Assembly (NCBI GenBank): GCA_965215125.1 | Contig: OZ244052.1 | Coordinates: 896,001-960,000, forward strand | DNA length: 64,000 nt | Direction of reading: 5' to 3' | Source of the DNA: an uncultured candidatus Porisulfidus sp. | Lineage (GTDB): Bacteria; Pseudomonadota; Gammaproteobacteria; Poriferisulfidales; Oxydemutatoraceae | In this document: positions 50,558-60,698 of the stretch, piece after piece | How the letters are laid out: every line of letters begins with the position of its first letter | Numbering within the stretch: position 1 is the first letter of the stretch | Notes under the pieces: model-generated | Seen by the model: only the letters and a program-made list of their open reading frames with translations | Told to the model about the DNA's origin: nothing | The model's database searches: none | Position numbers and translations under genes: made by a program

Positions 50558-52726
50558 ATGGAAGCGTCAAAAACCTTTGTGGGGAATTTTCATAGCAGGC
50601 GTGGCAAACTTCCGGTACACAGCACGGCACTGGATAAATTGCACGATGCCGTGAGTCGGTATATGACTGCCGAGGAAGTCCGTCGTGTTCATAATGCTTA
50701 CTTATTCGGTGCCGAAGCGCATTTGGATCAAAAGCGCATCTCGGGGGATCCTTATATTTATCATCCCATAAAAGTCGCGCAAATAATGGCAGAACTGCGT
50801 TTGGATGCAGTCACCATTTCTGCCGGGTTGTTGCACGATGTATTGGAGGACACCGATATTACTAAAAACCAGTTGTCCAAGCAGTTCGGCAAGGCGGTTG
50901 CCGAGGTTGTTGACGGAGTAAGTAAATTGCCCAAGCTGGAATTTGAAAGCAAGGAAATCGGGCAAGCTAAAAACTTTCAGAAAATGCTGTTGGCGATGGC
51001 CAAAGACCCGCGTGTCATACTGGTCAAGCTGTCCGACCGTCTACACAATATGCGTACAGTCTACTATTTGCCTTTTCCCAAACAAAAAAGGATAGCACAA
51101 GAGACGCTCGAGATATACGCACCGTTGGCGCAGTGCTTAGGCATAGACAGGATACGCTTGGAGTTGGAAGACCTGTCGTTCAAAGCCTTGTATCCGTTGC
51201 GCTATAGGGCACTTGAGAGGGCGGTGCGCAGATACGATAAGCGCAAAGCGTTGGTAGAGAAGATGTTGGAAATCTTTCGCGTGCATTTGAAGTCTGCCGA
51301 GTTTTCGTGTCGCATGTACGGACGTAGCAAGCATCTTTACAGCATTTACCGAAAGATGAAAGAGCGTGGACATTCTCTGGGTCAAATCTTTGATATTTAT
51401 GCAATTCGCATCATTGTTTCAAATGCGGATCATTGCTATCGCATGCTCGGATTGTTGCATAATTTATTCAAGCCGGTGCCCGGTCGTTTCAAGGATTACA
51501 TTGCATTGCCCAAACCCAATGGTTATCAATCGCTACATACGGTGGTAGTCGGCTCGCAAGGCATCAAGCTGGAAGTGCAGATTAGAACGCAAGAGATGGA
51601 GGAAATCGCAGAAAGCGGTATCGCCGCACATGCACTTTATAAGACCGGTGAATCCAATCGGTCGACGATGGCGCGCCGTTGGATGCAAAATCTTATAGGT
51701 TTGCAACAAAAGACCGGAAACAACTCGGCCGAGTATATGGAAAGCCTAAAAAGCCAGCTTTTTCCTGCAGAAGTCTACGTTTTCACACCGAAGGGAAAAA
51801 TTATTGTTTTACCGCGTAAGGCAACGGCACTTGATTTTGCTTTTGCTATCCATACCGATTTAGGGCTTTCCACCGCGAGGGTTCGTGTTAACGGCCATAT
51901 AGAAGCTCTGAACTTTAAGCTACAAAGCGGACAAACGATAGAGGTCATTACTGCGGATAATGTTGCCCCCGATTCTAGGTGGCTGGAGTTTGTAGCAACC
52001 GCCAAAGCCCGTACGGCGATAGTGCAGTACTTAAAACATATAGAGTCGTACGAAGCAGTCGAACTAGGGCGTTATTTATTAAAGCAAGCTCTAACAAGTT
52101 GTCAACAGCGTTTATCGGATATATCTAAATCTCGTATGAGAGAAGTTCTGGAGTCCTTAAAGTTAAAAAATTTGGACGAATTGTTCAAAGAGATAGGACT
52201 GGGTCGGCAACTTCCCTCACTGGTTGTGGTGCTTTTGACCGATGTTTCTCAAGCCGACGCGCAACTTAGCTTGGAGATAGAGCCGGAGGCTATTATCAAA
52301 GGCGTTGAGGGCATGGCTGTAGTCTGTGCCCAGTGTTGTTATCCTATTCCTGGTGACTCGATTATCGGAACGATGAGCCCGGGCAAAGGTTTGGTGATAC
52401 ATCGCAAAAGTTGTTCCAATGTACGCGCTAAGAATGTGCGGAGGATTTTACTTAATTGGGCGGACACGCGAAATACCCTATCGGAGTATTCCGCCGCTAT
52501 TCGTATCGTCGTGCCCCATCAAAGCGGTGTGTTGGCAACTTTAGCGTCAAAGATAGCGCAAACCGGTTCCAACATAAAGAATGTCTCCTTAGACGAGCAG
52601 GGTATCGGTAGTGCTGCGGTTACTTTTGTGCTCAGCGTGCGCGATACAAATCAATTGGATAGAATAATGAGACGCATCAGCCAAGCATTTGAAGATGTTA
52701 AAGTATCCAGAGTTAAATCTCACTAA
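50558..52726 (+). CDS. spoT: (p)ppGpp synthetase/hydrolase
   Basis: PYIYHP, LHDVLED, DRLHNMRT, YQSLHT, TGS and ACT domains. Confidence 0.96.
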   Translation: MEASKTFVGNFHSRRGKLPVHSTALDKLHDAVSRYMTAEEVRRVHNAYLFGAEAHLDQKRISGDPYIYHPIKVAQIMAELRLDAVTISAGLLHDVLEDTDITKNQLSKQFGKAVAEVVDGVSKLPKLEFESKEIGQAKNFQKMLLAMAKDPRVILVKLSDRLHNMRTVYYLPFPKQKRIAQETLEIYAPLAQCLGIDRIRLELEDLSFKALYPLRYRALERAVRRYDKRKALVEKMLEIFRVHLKSAEFSCRMYGRSKHLYSIYRKMKERGHSLGQIFDIYAIRIIVSNADHCYRMLGLLHNLFKPVPGRFKDYIALPKPNGYQSLHTVVVGSQGIKLEVQIRTQEMEEIAESGIAAHALYKTGESNRSTMARRWMQNLIGLQQKTGNNSAEYMESLKSQLFPAEVYVFTPKGKIIVLPRKATALDFAFAIHTDLGLSTARVRVNGHIEALNFKLQSGQTIEVITADNVAPDSRWLEFVATAKARTAIVQYLKHIESYEAVELGRYLLKQALTSCQQRLSDISKSRMREVLESLKLKNLDELFKEIGLGRQLPSLVVVLLTDVSQADAQLSLEIEPEAIIKGVEGMAVVCAQCCYPIPGDSIIGTMSPGKGLVIHRKSCSNVRAKNVRRILLNWADTRNTLSEYSAAIRIVVPHQSGVLATLASKIAQTGSNIKNVSLDEQGIGSAAVTFVLSVRDTNQLDRIMRRISQAFEDVKVSRVKSH

Positions 52727-52784
52727 GTACTATGTCCGCTCGGCTAGAGTGATCTTTTAGAAACATTTTTAACGGAGGTGATTG

Positions 52785-53168
52785 ATGACCAAAGAAATTA
52801 TAAAAACAGACCATGCCCCCGAAGCCATAGGGACTTATTCTCAGGCGGTAAAGGTTGGGCAAACCGTTTATTTGTCGGGACAGATTCCGCTATCTCCCGA
52901 AACGATGGAAGTCGTCGCCGGCGACATCACGGTGCACACACGCAAGGTGTTTGATAATTTGAGTGCGGTGGCAACTGCCGCCGGAGGCTCTTTGGTGGAC
53001 ATCGTCAAATTAAATGTTTATCTTTGTGACTTAAGTCATTTTGCCAAGATAAACGAAGTGATGGCGGAATATTTCTCCGAACCGTATCCGGCGCGTGCAG
53101 CGGTGCAAGTTTCGGCGTTGCCCAGAGGCGTGGATATAGAAATTGATGCAATCATGCATTTGTCTTAA
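52785..53168 (+). CDS. RidA/YjgF family protein
   Basis: [23 protein letters not shown]. Confidence 0.93.
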   Translation: MTKEIIKTDHAPEAIGTYSQAVKVGQTVYLSGQIPLSPETMEVVAGDITVHTRKVFDNLSAVATAAGGSLVDIVKLNVYLCDLSHFAKINEVMAEYFSEPYPARAAVQVSALPRGVDIEIDAIMHLS

Positions 53169-53202
53169 GAATAGATAACCACCCCCGACATCCATTAGTT
53201 CT

Positions 53203-55269
53203 ATGACGGCACTTACCGCATTGCGTGGCATTGGGTCTGTAGCCGAAGCATCGTTGAATAAGCTGGGTATCGGTTGCGTCGAGGATTTGCTGTTTCATTT
53301 TCCGCTGCGGTATAAAGATAAAACCCGCGTCAGGCGGATCGACGAACTGCGCATAGGCGACGAGGCTTTGATAGAGGGTGTGCTGGAGTCGGCTCGCGTC
53401 GCTTACGAAGGGCGTAGGGTTTTGATCGCTGTAGTCAGAGATGCAAGCGGTGCGACCCTGCAATTTCGTTTTTTTCATTTTTCCGAACGGCAAAGGTTTT
53501 TTTTTAAGCCCGGCGCGCGTCTATACGCCTACGGAGAAGTCAGGCTTGCGCGCAAAGTAAGGTATGAAATGATCCATCCGGAATATCGCTTTATCAAGGA
53601 TCATGAGCCGGTGCCGGTGCAGTCTTTCTACACCCCGATTTATCCCACAACCGCCGACTTAAAGCAAGCGAGTTTGTATCGTTATATCGATAAATCGTTG
53701 CAGTGGCTATCCGATTCGCCCGATTTTTTAGAAGAGTTGCTGCCTGCGGAATGGGCTTACGATATTAGTTTGGCGGATGCGATAGGCTTGATACATCGTC
53801 CACCTCCGGACACCGATTTGGATGCTTTGCTGGAAGGCGAGCATGTTGCTCGGCGGCGTCTGGCGTTTGAGGAACTGCTGGCTAATGTCGCTAGCTTAAA
53901 GAAACTGCGCTTGCAGAACCGTGTGGAAAGAGCCGTAAACCTAAAAGGCGAAGACTTTTTGTTTAAGCGTTTGTTGTCGTCACTGCCGTTTGATTTGACT
54001 GCCGCACAACATCGGGTGGTTGCGGAAATAACCGACGATTTGTCTAAATCGGAAGCGATGATGCGTCTAGTGCAGGGCGATGTGGGTTCGGGCAAAACCA
54101 TAGTTGCCGTTGCTGCAATGCTAAAAGCGGTGTCGGCAGGTTATCAGGCGGCGATGATGGTGCCTACGGAAATTCTAGCCGAACAGCACTATACCAATCT
54201 ACGCACTATTTTAGAACCTTTAGAAGTGCGTATCAGTCTGTTATTGGGTAATCAAAAGGTGGTCGAGAAGCGCGCAATATTAAGGCATATCAGACACGGG
54301 GTTTCGCAAATCGTCATCGGCACGCACGCATTATTTCAAGAGACGGTCAGTTTTGATAAATTGGCGGTTGTCGTGGTTGACGAACAACATCGTTTCGGTG
54401 TGCACCAGCGATTGTTATTGAAGCAGAAAGGTGAGCAAAGAGACTATCAACCTCATCAATTGATTATGACCGCAACACCCATTCCGCGCAGTTTGGCAAT
54501 GACGATGTACGCCGACCTTGATTATTCGGTTATCGATACGCTACCGCCGGGGCGCCAAGAAATCAAAACCGTCGCGGTATCCGACGAGCGTAGAGACGAA
54601 GTTGTGGCGCGCGTGCATTCGGCATGTCGTCAAGGCAGTCAAGTATATTGGGTTTGCACCTTAATAGAAGAATCCAAGACTCTGGGTTATCAAGCTGCCG
54701 AAAACAGTTATGAATTTCTCAAAACGGCGATGCCGGACATAGCAATAGGATTGGTTCACGGTGGAATGAAGGCTCAGATGAAAGAACAAGCGATGCAGGC
54801 ATTTAGGAAACAGCGCACCCAATTACTTGTCGCTACCACCGTGATAGAAGTCGGTGTGGATGTTCCGAATGCAACGCTGATGGTCATAGAAAATGCCGAG
54901 CGTTTGGGTTTGGCGCAGCTACACCAGCTGCGCGGACGCGTCGGCAGAGGTGAAAAAAAAAGCACTTGTGTGTTGATATATCACCCGCCTTTATCGGAGA
55001 ATGCCGAGGCGCGCATCAAAGTAATGCGTAAGACCAACGACGGGTTTGAGATTGCCAAAGAAGATCTGCGGCAACGCGGTTCGGGTGAGATACTCGGCAC
55101 TCGACAAACCGGACAGACCTACTTTAGGGTTGCCGACCTCACGCGCGATAGAGAACTACTGAAAAAAACCTACACCGTTGCCGACCACCTCCTCAAACAA
55201 TCACCCGAAACCGTAGATAAATTAATTGATCGTTGGCTCGGTCAATCTATACACTATGCCGATGTATGA
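53203..55269 (+). CDS. recG: ATP-dependent DNA helicase RecG
   Basis: QGDVGSGKT, DEQHRFG, MTATPIPR, QLRGRVGRG. Confidence 0.97.
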   Translation: MTALTALRGIGSVAEASLNKLGIGCVEDLLFHFPLRYKDKTRVRRIDELRIGDEALIEGVLESARVAYEGRRVLIAVVRDASGATLQFRFFHFSERQRFFFKPGARLYAYGEVRLARKVRYEMIHPEYRFIKDHEPVPVQSFYTPIYPTTADLKQASLYRYIDKSLQWLSDSPDFLEELLPAEWAYDISLADAIGLIHRPPPDTDLDALLEGEHVARRRLAFEELLANVASLKKLRLQNRVERAVNLKGEDFLFKRLLSSLPFDLTAAQHRVVAEITDDLSKSEAMMRLVQGDVGSGKTIVAVAAMLKAVSAGYQAAMMVPTEILAEQHYTNLRTILEPLEVRISLLLGNQKVVEKRAILRHIRHGVSQIVIGTHALFQETVSFDKLAVVVVDEQHRFGVHQRLLLKQKGEQRDYQPHQLIMTATPIPRSLAMTMYADLDYSVIDTLPPGRQEIKTVAVSDERRDEVVARVHSACRQGSQVYWVCTLIEESKTLGYQAAENSYEFLKTAMPDIAIGLVHGGMKAQMKEQAMQAFRKQRTQLLVATTVIEVGVDVPNATLMVIENAERLGLAQLHQLRGRVGRGEKKSTCVLIYHPPLSENAEARIKVMRKTNDGFEIAKEDLRQRGSGEILGTRQTGQTYFRVADLTRDRELLKKTYTVADHLLKQSPETVDKLIDRWLGQSIHYADV

Positions 55270-55310
55270 ACACAATATTCATAGCAACCGTAGATAAATG
55301 AATAGATGCT

Positions 55311-56672
55311 TTAACTACGCAGATTGTCGCTTAATCTAGCTAGCTTACGCAAATTATTCAATGAACCGATATCCCGGCGATACTCCAGATTGCCCTTCAT
55401 ATAGTTATCAATCGCGTGATTGATTGAGTCGGAAGCCTCTGCAATGCTTTTTGCTACTTTACCGAGAGCAAAAACACGCGATTTTTTAAGCGTCGCATAA
55501 GCATTTCCTTTTCGGACACACGATGCATAGTAAATTTTTATTCCCGTATCTCTAAGAGCTTGTTCGTCTATTTGAAATCGCGTGATACGGCGACTTTTAT
55601 CGGGATATTCTTTGGCAACTAGATACTTTATGACACTCGCTTTGTTGGTGAATTTTATTCGGTCGCCACCAAGTCGTCGATGCCAAAGGTCTTTTATGAC
55701 TTGAGAAAACGGCGTTTTTAAGATCGTCAATATGTTAAGTGCTTCGGGATCTCCGAACCGCCCGTTGAATTCCATAAATTGTATGCCTTTTTTGGTCTTA
55801 AAGAATCCTCCGTTGAGAATGCCTCTAAAATCCAAGCCATCCTGCCGCATCGCATCGATTATCTTTTGCATAATTTTTCGACAACCTCTAAAATCTTTAT
55901 CGTCCATAAAAGGTAATAACTTTTTAGAGTGGGTAAAACATCCCATGCCGCCGGTGCCCGCACCCTTATCATTTTCAAATCTATACGGATAGTCATAACT
56001 CGCCGGCGACATGACTAAATTATTTCCGTCGGTAAAACCCATAATGGTAAACTCTATTCCGTCGAGTTTCTCTACCAAAAGGACTTTTTCTCCTTTGTTT
56101 CGCTTTAGTAGCAAAGAAGCATAATCGGCACTATCCCGATAAGTTCTCAAATGTTCGCGCATGACCTTAACACCCTTCCCTCCGGTTAATCCTTGAGGCT
56201 TGACAACAACCAAAAGCTTTTTGTTCTTAAATTCTTTAATTGCACTTTCAAGTTCCCCTTCGGAAGAAATAGTTCTATGAAATGGTGTGAATTCGGGGCA
56301 ATTCTGCTCCATTAATTGCATTGCATAAACCTTATCCCACTCGATTCGAGTCGCTGCTTTGGTTCCGCCTACCGCCTTAATTTTATGCCTTAACAACTCG
56401 TCAACCACACCACTCGCCAAGGGTGCATCGGCATTGACAAAGGCATAATCTATTTTGTGTTTGCCGGCAAATTTTGCAATGGCGTGCGCGTTGGTCGTGT
56501 TTTCAACTAGATATTCTCCTCCCGATTCTTCGATACAATCAATCATTGTCGGGTTCTCATGGTCCATAACGGCATACAGACAGATATTGCCTTCTTCGTT
56601 GAGTTTTGATGCAAAGGCACTTTCGCGCCCTCCTGCTCCGACAACTAAAAACTTTTCTTTTTTTCTGCTCAT
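55311..56672 (-). CDS. purD: Phosphoribosylamine--glycine ligase (atypical PurD)
   Basis: VVGAGGRE, GLTGGKGV, GTGGMG, EFNGRFGDPE. Confidence 0.82.
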   Translation of the reverse strand: MSRKKEKFLVVGAGGRESAFASKLNEEGNICLYAVMDHENPTMIDCIEESGGEYLVENTTNAHAIAKFAGKHKIDYAFVNADAPLASGVVDELLRHKIKAVGGTKAATRIEWDKVYAMQLMEQNCPEFTPFHRTISSEGELESAIKEFKNKKLLVVVKPQGLTGGKGVKVMREHLRTYRDSADYASLLLKRNKGEKVLLVEKLDGIEFTIMGFTDGNNLVMSPASYDYPYRFENDKGAGTGGMGCFTHSKKLLPFMDDKDFRGCRKIMQKIIDAMRQDGLDFRGILNGGFFKTKKGIQFMEFNGRFGDPEALNILTILKTPFSQVIKDLWHRRLGGDRIKFTNKASVIKYLVAKEYPDKSRRITRFQIDEQALRDTGIKIYYASCVRKGNAYATLKKSRVFALGKVAKSIAEASDSINHAIDNYMKGNLEYRRDIGSLNNLRKLARLSDNLRS

Positions 56673-56877
56673 AGGAAATCCTTGTGGCTAATTATATGAC
56701 ATAAAGGTTGTATGTTTGATTTATCCCGCAACCGAAGTTTCCCTCATAGCCGGAATAATTGACCGACATCAAAATGTGATCTTGGAAATCTAGCCATTTA
56801 GGATTTTCAGTATTGGGTATGGAAGTGACTTATAATAAAGACCCCATTTAAGTTTTATCCTTAAAAATAAAGAAAAA

Positions 56878-57933
56878 TTGAACATAATGATTAGAACGGT
56901 CGGACGTAATCTTTGGTATCGCTCAAAGGCTTTGATAGTGGTTGTTGGCGCGCTTCATGTTGTACTTGCCGGGTATTACAAGAACAGGACACCTTATAAA
57001 GAAGTCCTGTTGTTCCCGCTATACTGGGAAAAATTAAAAAGAGGCCGATGTTTTACCGCGTATAACTTAAAGTCTGCTATAGATTCTGTTAAAGTTGCTC
57101 ATTCCAGGAATATTAAATTCGATAGCAAAAAACGTACAGGCAGTTCTATATCAACCCATATTTTTGCAATAATCGGAATGGCGTGGTTTGGTGAAAAAAT
57201 GAATATGAATATCAAGGTTGGTTGTCCTGACTTAGAAAGTATTTTTGACAATTTTGATCTAATGAATTCACAAAAAGACTTGCGCAAAGATCACGCGCTG
57301 CATATTAAAGAGTTTAGGTTGTGGGAGAATTATGCAAAGTTTGCAGTTCCAGCCGAGTTCGGCTACAAAATAATTTCCAAGCTGGCAATCAAAGCAGATT
57401 TTAAAGCGCAAGCCGACGAGTGGTTTAATAGCAAGCCACAAGGCGATTGGGTAGGTATTCACTATAGAGGTACCGATATTGACAAAGCGAAATTCAGATT
57501 AATAAGTGTAGAGTCCTATATTGCTTATCTAAAAGAGGTTTTGGATGATCGTTGTAATATCTTTGCTTGTTCCGATCAGGCGCAATTCATTGAGCAAATC
57601 AAGGAGGCATTTCCCGGTAGAGTTTTTTTTAGAGAAATTAAGCGGTCTTACGACAGTAGGCCCTTACACAGACGAGAATTCTATGATAAACAACGAATAG
57701 AGGACGCACTAATGGATCTCTTGCTTCTATCGAGAACTCAGTTAATCTATACCACAGGGTCGTGGTTTTCAGAAATAGTTAGATTTTTTAATCCCTCAAT
57801 CAAAATTATTTCTTTTCACTTATTATGGGTGAGATTTAAGTATCATCGGAAAGTCGATAACTTTATTCCGGTTCCTAAAGCTTCGATGTTACTTAAAAAT
57901 AGGAGCCGTGGTAAAAATCAAGTTCCCGGTTAA
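56878..57933 (+). CDS. NodZ/O-fucosyltransferase-like glycosyltransferase (start uncertain)
   Basis: VGIHYRGTD, IFACSD, DALMDLLLLS..SWFS fucosyltransferase motifs. Confidence 0.7.
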   Translation: MNIMIRTVGRNLWYRSKALIVVVGALHVVLAGYYKNRTPYKEVLLFPLYWEKLKRGRCFTAYNLKSAIDSVKVAHSRNIKFDSKKRTGSSISTHIFAIIGMAWFGEKMNMNIKVGCPDLESIFDNFDLMNSQKDLRKDHALHIKEFRLWENYAKFAVPAEFGYKIISKLAIKADFKAQADEWFNSKPQGDWVGIHYRGTDIDKAKFRLISVESYIAYLKEVLDDRCNIFACSDQAQFIEQIKEAFPGRVFFREIKRSYDSRPLHRREFYDKQRIEDALMDLLLLSRTQLIYTTGSWFSEIVRFFNPSIKIISFHLLWVRFKYHRKVDNFIPVPKASMLLKNRSRGKNQVPG

Positions 57934-57997
57934 ATTAGTGAACAGCAGGTGGTAGCAAAATAGTTTTCGAAATATTGCGGTTACGTTTGTGCTAGTA

Positions 57998-58681
57998 CTA
58001 AACTTTATGTGAGGAATATGCACTTTTGGATGTGGCTAAAGTCGTCATGCGTCTTAATGTTTGGTCTTTTTTTATGAAGTGATGATAAAGTGCGGCACCG
58101 GCGTGCAATGCAATTAAAACCCAAACTATGTAAGCCCCGCTTTCTTTATGAACGAAATCCATGATGGGCTCAAAACTTTCCCAGTCCATGCCCAGCCATT
58201 GTTCCACCAACAACGAATAGAGCGCGGTGTCGGAAAATTTCGGAATATCCACCAACAGGAAATAGTTTGCGTCTAGTTTTGTTCCCATATAACCGGTTAT
58301 CGGCATGATGATCATTACTGCGTAGAGTAGCCGGTGTACGGTACGGGCTGCAGAATGTTCAAACTGGGTTCCCGGAACCTCGTCGGGTGTTTGGTTAATC
58401 AATTTCCATGCAACGCGTAAAGCAACAAAAACACCGATCGTTATCCCGAATGACAGGTGCATATGCAAGGCAATCATACTGGGTGTCAACTCTCCGGTTT
58501 CACTGAATGAATTGTCGGTAAACCAATGGCGATAATATACTGCGACATAAGAACCGAGAAAACCCAGTGCGACAATCCAGTGCAGAGCAATAGCCCCTAG
58601 CCCGTAATATTCTTTTGTATTCTTAATATCCAATTGTGTCGTCCTTGTAGGTAGAAAAAAGTTCATTATACAATAACTCAA
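57998..58681 (-). CDS. Cytochrome b561 family protein (start uncertain)
   Basis: LHWIVA, HLSFG, VHRLLY, HAGAALYHH...TLRRM. Confidence 0.9.
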   Translation of the reverse strand: MSYCIMNFFLPTRTTQLDIKNTKEYYGLGAIALHWIVALGFLGSYVAVYYRHWFTDNSFSETGELTPSMIALHMHLSFGITIGVFVALRVAWKLINQTPDEVPGTQFEHSAARTVHRLLYAVMIIMPITGYMGTKLDANYFLLVDIPKFSDTALYSLLVEQWLGMDWESFEPIMDFVHKESGAYIVWVLIALHAGAALYHHFIKKDQTLRRMTTLATSKSAYSSHKV

Positions 58682-58758
58682 AAGTGGTGAATATACCCAG
58701 TTTTTAGGGTATATTCACTTTTTTATTACACATACCAGTGAATTGATATAATAAGAGA

Positions 58759-59640
58759 ATGGCTATTACTCAATCATATAGAAAAAAAATTCAGGCATTG
58801 CGGGAAGAGTATGCTTCTTTGAAAGGGGGTAAGGAGTCTCTTTTGGCTTTAATTGACGAGGCAGAGGTGCCCGAGAACGTCTATAACTCCAATGCTATCG
58901 AAAATTCTACGCTGACCTTAAAAGAAACCGAGAAGATTTTATTAGAGATGGAATTATCCCGTCGTGTATCGGTGCGCGAGTTGTTTGAAGCAAAGAATTT
59001 GAATCGGGTTATTGCATATAAGCGAGACAAAGCAGGCAAAGTACCTTTGACAAAGGATCTAATCTTGCTTTTTCATCGCATGCTTATGGGTGGTATTAAC
59101 GATGCCATTGCCGGACGTTTCCGGCGGCAAGGTGAGTATGTTCGGGTTGGTACGCATATAGCACCTCCACCCGAGCATGTGGAAAGGATGATTGAACAGA
59201 CCCTGTTTATTTATGAAAATGACATAGACAGTTATTTTCTGGATAAAATTGCCCGATTTCATTTAGAGTTTGAGACTATACACCCGTTTTGTGACGGCAA
59301 CGGCCGCATAGGACGAGTAATCATTAACTTCCATTTATTGGAATTGGGGTTTCCTAAAATTATTATTCGCAACAGAACGAAGCGCATATACTATCAGGCG
59401 TTCAATGAATATCGCCCTCGGAAGCGAACCAGAACAATGGAGAATATTGTAGCTTTGGGCATCATGGAAGCATTGCATAAGCGCATCGCTTATTTACGAG
59501 GAGAAAATATTATCCGCTTGTCCGAGTACATTGCGCAAAACAACCTTTCTCCATCGGCGGTAACCAACGCTGCCCGGCGCCAGACTATCGCGGCGTTTCG
59601 GGAAAAAGAAGTTTGGAAGATCGGAGAGAAATATCGGTAG
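58759..59640 (+). CDS. Fic-domain protein
   Basis: YNSNAIEN; HPFCDGNGRIGR. Confidence 0.93.
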   Translation: MAITQSYRKKIQALREEYASLKGGKESLLALIDEAEVPENVYNSNAIENSTLTLKETEKILLEMELSRRVSVRELFEAKNLNRVIAYKRDKAGKVPLTKDLILLFHRMLMGGINDAIAGRFRRQGEYVRVGTHIAPPPEHVERMIEQTLFIYENDIDSYFLDKIARFHLEFETIHPFCDGNGRIGRVIINFHLLELGFPKIIIRNRTKRIYYQAFNEYRPRKRTRTMENIVALGIMEALHKRIAYLRGENIIRLSEYIAQNNLSPSAVTNAARRQTIAAFREKEVWKIGEKYR

Positions 59641-59699
59641 CGTTGATGCGAGGTTATACTAAAATTTTCGGTTTCAGGTTTTAGTAGAATATCCCCACT

Positions 59700-60626
59700 A
59701 TGGCAGTTTCATCTAAAAAACAAAGTGTTCGTTATATCAAAGTGTCGGAGGCATACAACGGACAGCGGATTGATAATTTCTTATTTAGAGAATATAAGAA
59801 TGTACCCAAGAGTTATATTTACAGGGTCATTCGTTCGGGTGAATTACGCGTCAATAGTGGGCGCGTGCCACCCTCTTACAAGCTATCCGCCGGCGATAAA
59901 ATACGAATACCGCCGGTTGCGCACACATCTCCCGCATCCCCTCGTTTGTCGGATGCCGATGCCGATGTGCTATTGAGGTGTATTATTTACGAAGATGACG
60001 AAGTTTTGGTTATCGATAAGCCTGCGCACCTTGCGGTTCACACCGGAACCGCGCACAGCTTTGGTTTGATAGACTTGCTCAAATATAAATACTCCGATGA
60101 TGTAGGTCTTGTCCATCGTCTTGATAAAGATACCAGCGGCTGCCTTATCGTTGCGAAGTCTCGCGATGCCCTGCTTCGTTTGCAAAAGTTGTTTCGCGAA
60201 TCACAGGTTGAGAAAATCTATCAGGTTTTAGTGGTCGGGCGATGGCAACAATCGCGCCGCGTTTCCATGCCTTTGCATCGTGCGATGCAGAAGCAAACGG
60301 TAGCCGACAACGGCAAGCATGCCGTCACCGATTTCACCGTCATCCGTTCGTTCGAAGACTATAGCCTGATGTCCGTATCGCTGATTACCGGCCGCACCCA
60401 TCAGATTCGTGTGCATGCGGCACATTGCCGGCACCCCGTTGCCGGCGATAACAAATACGGAGACTTTTCAAGCAACCGTAAGCTCGCTCGGTTGGGACTC
60501 AAGCGTATTTTTTTACACGCCCACAAGGTATCGTTTAAGTGGTGTGAGAAGGTGTTATCGTTTGAAGCCCCGCTACCCGAGCCTCTGCAAAAACTCATAG
60601 CGCGGTTAGATAGAACCTCGTTTTAA
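59700..60626 (+). CDS. rluC: 23S rRNA pseudouridine synthase RluC
   Basis: GQRIDNFL S4 domain, HRLDKDTSG, TGRTHQIRVH. Confidence 0.9.
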   Translation: MAVSSKKQSVRYIKVSEAYNGQRIDNFLFREYKNVPKSYIYRVIRSGELRVNSGRVPPSYKLSAGDKIRIPPVAHTSPASPRLSDADADVLLRCIIYEDDEVLVIDKPAHLAVHTGTAHSFGLIDLLKYKYSDDVGLVHRLDKDTSGCLIVAKSRDALLRLQKLFRESQVEKIYQVLVVGRWQQSRRVSMPLHRAMQKQTVADNGKHAVTDFTVIRSFEDYSLMSVSLITGRTHQIRVHAAHCRHPVAGDNKYGDFSSNRKLARLGLKRIFLHAHKVSFKWCEKVLSFEAPLPEPLQKLIARLDRTSF

Positions 60627-60698
60627 TATAAAATGATAGAACCGGTTGATGCGAGACATGTCGTAGCAGTAGATCAATAAACATCATAGAGGTTCAAA

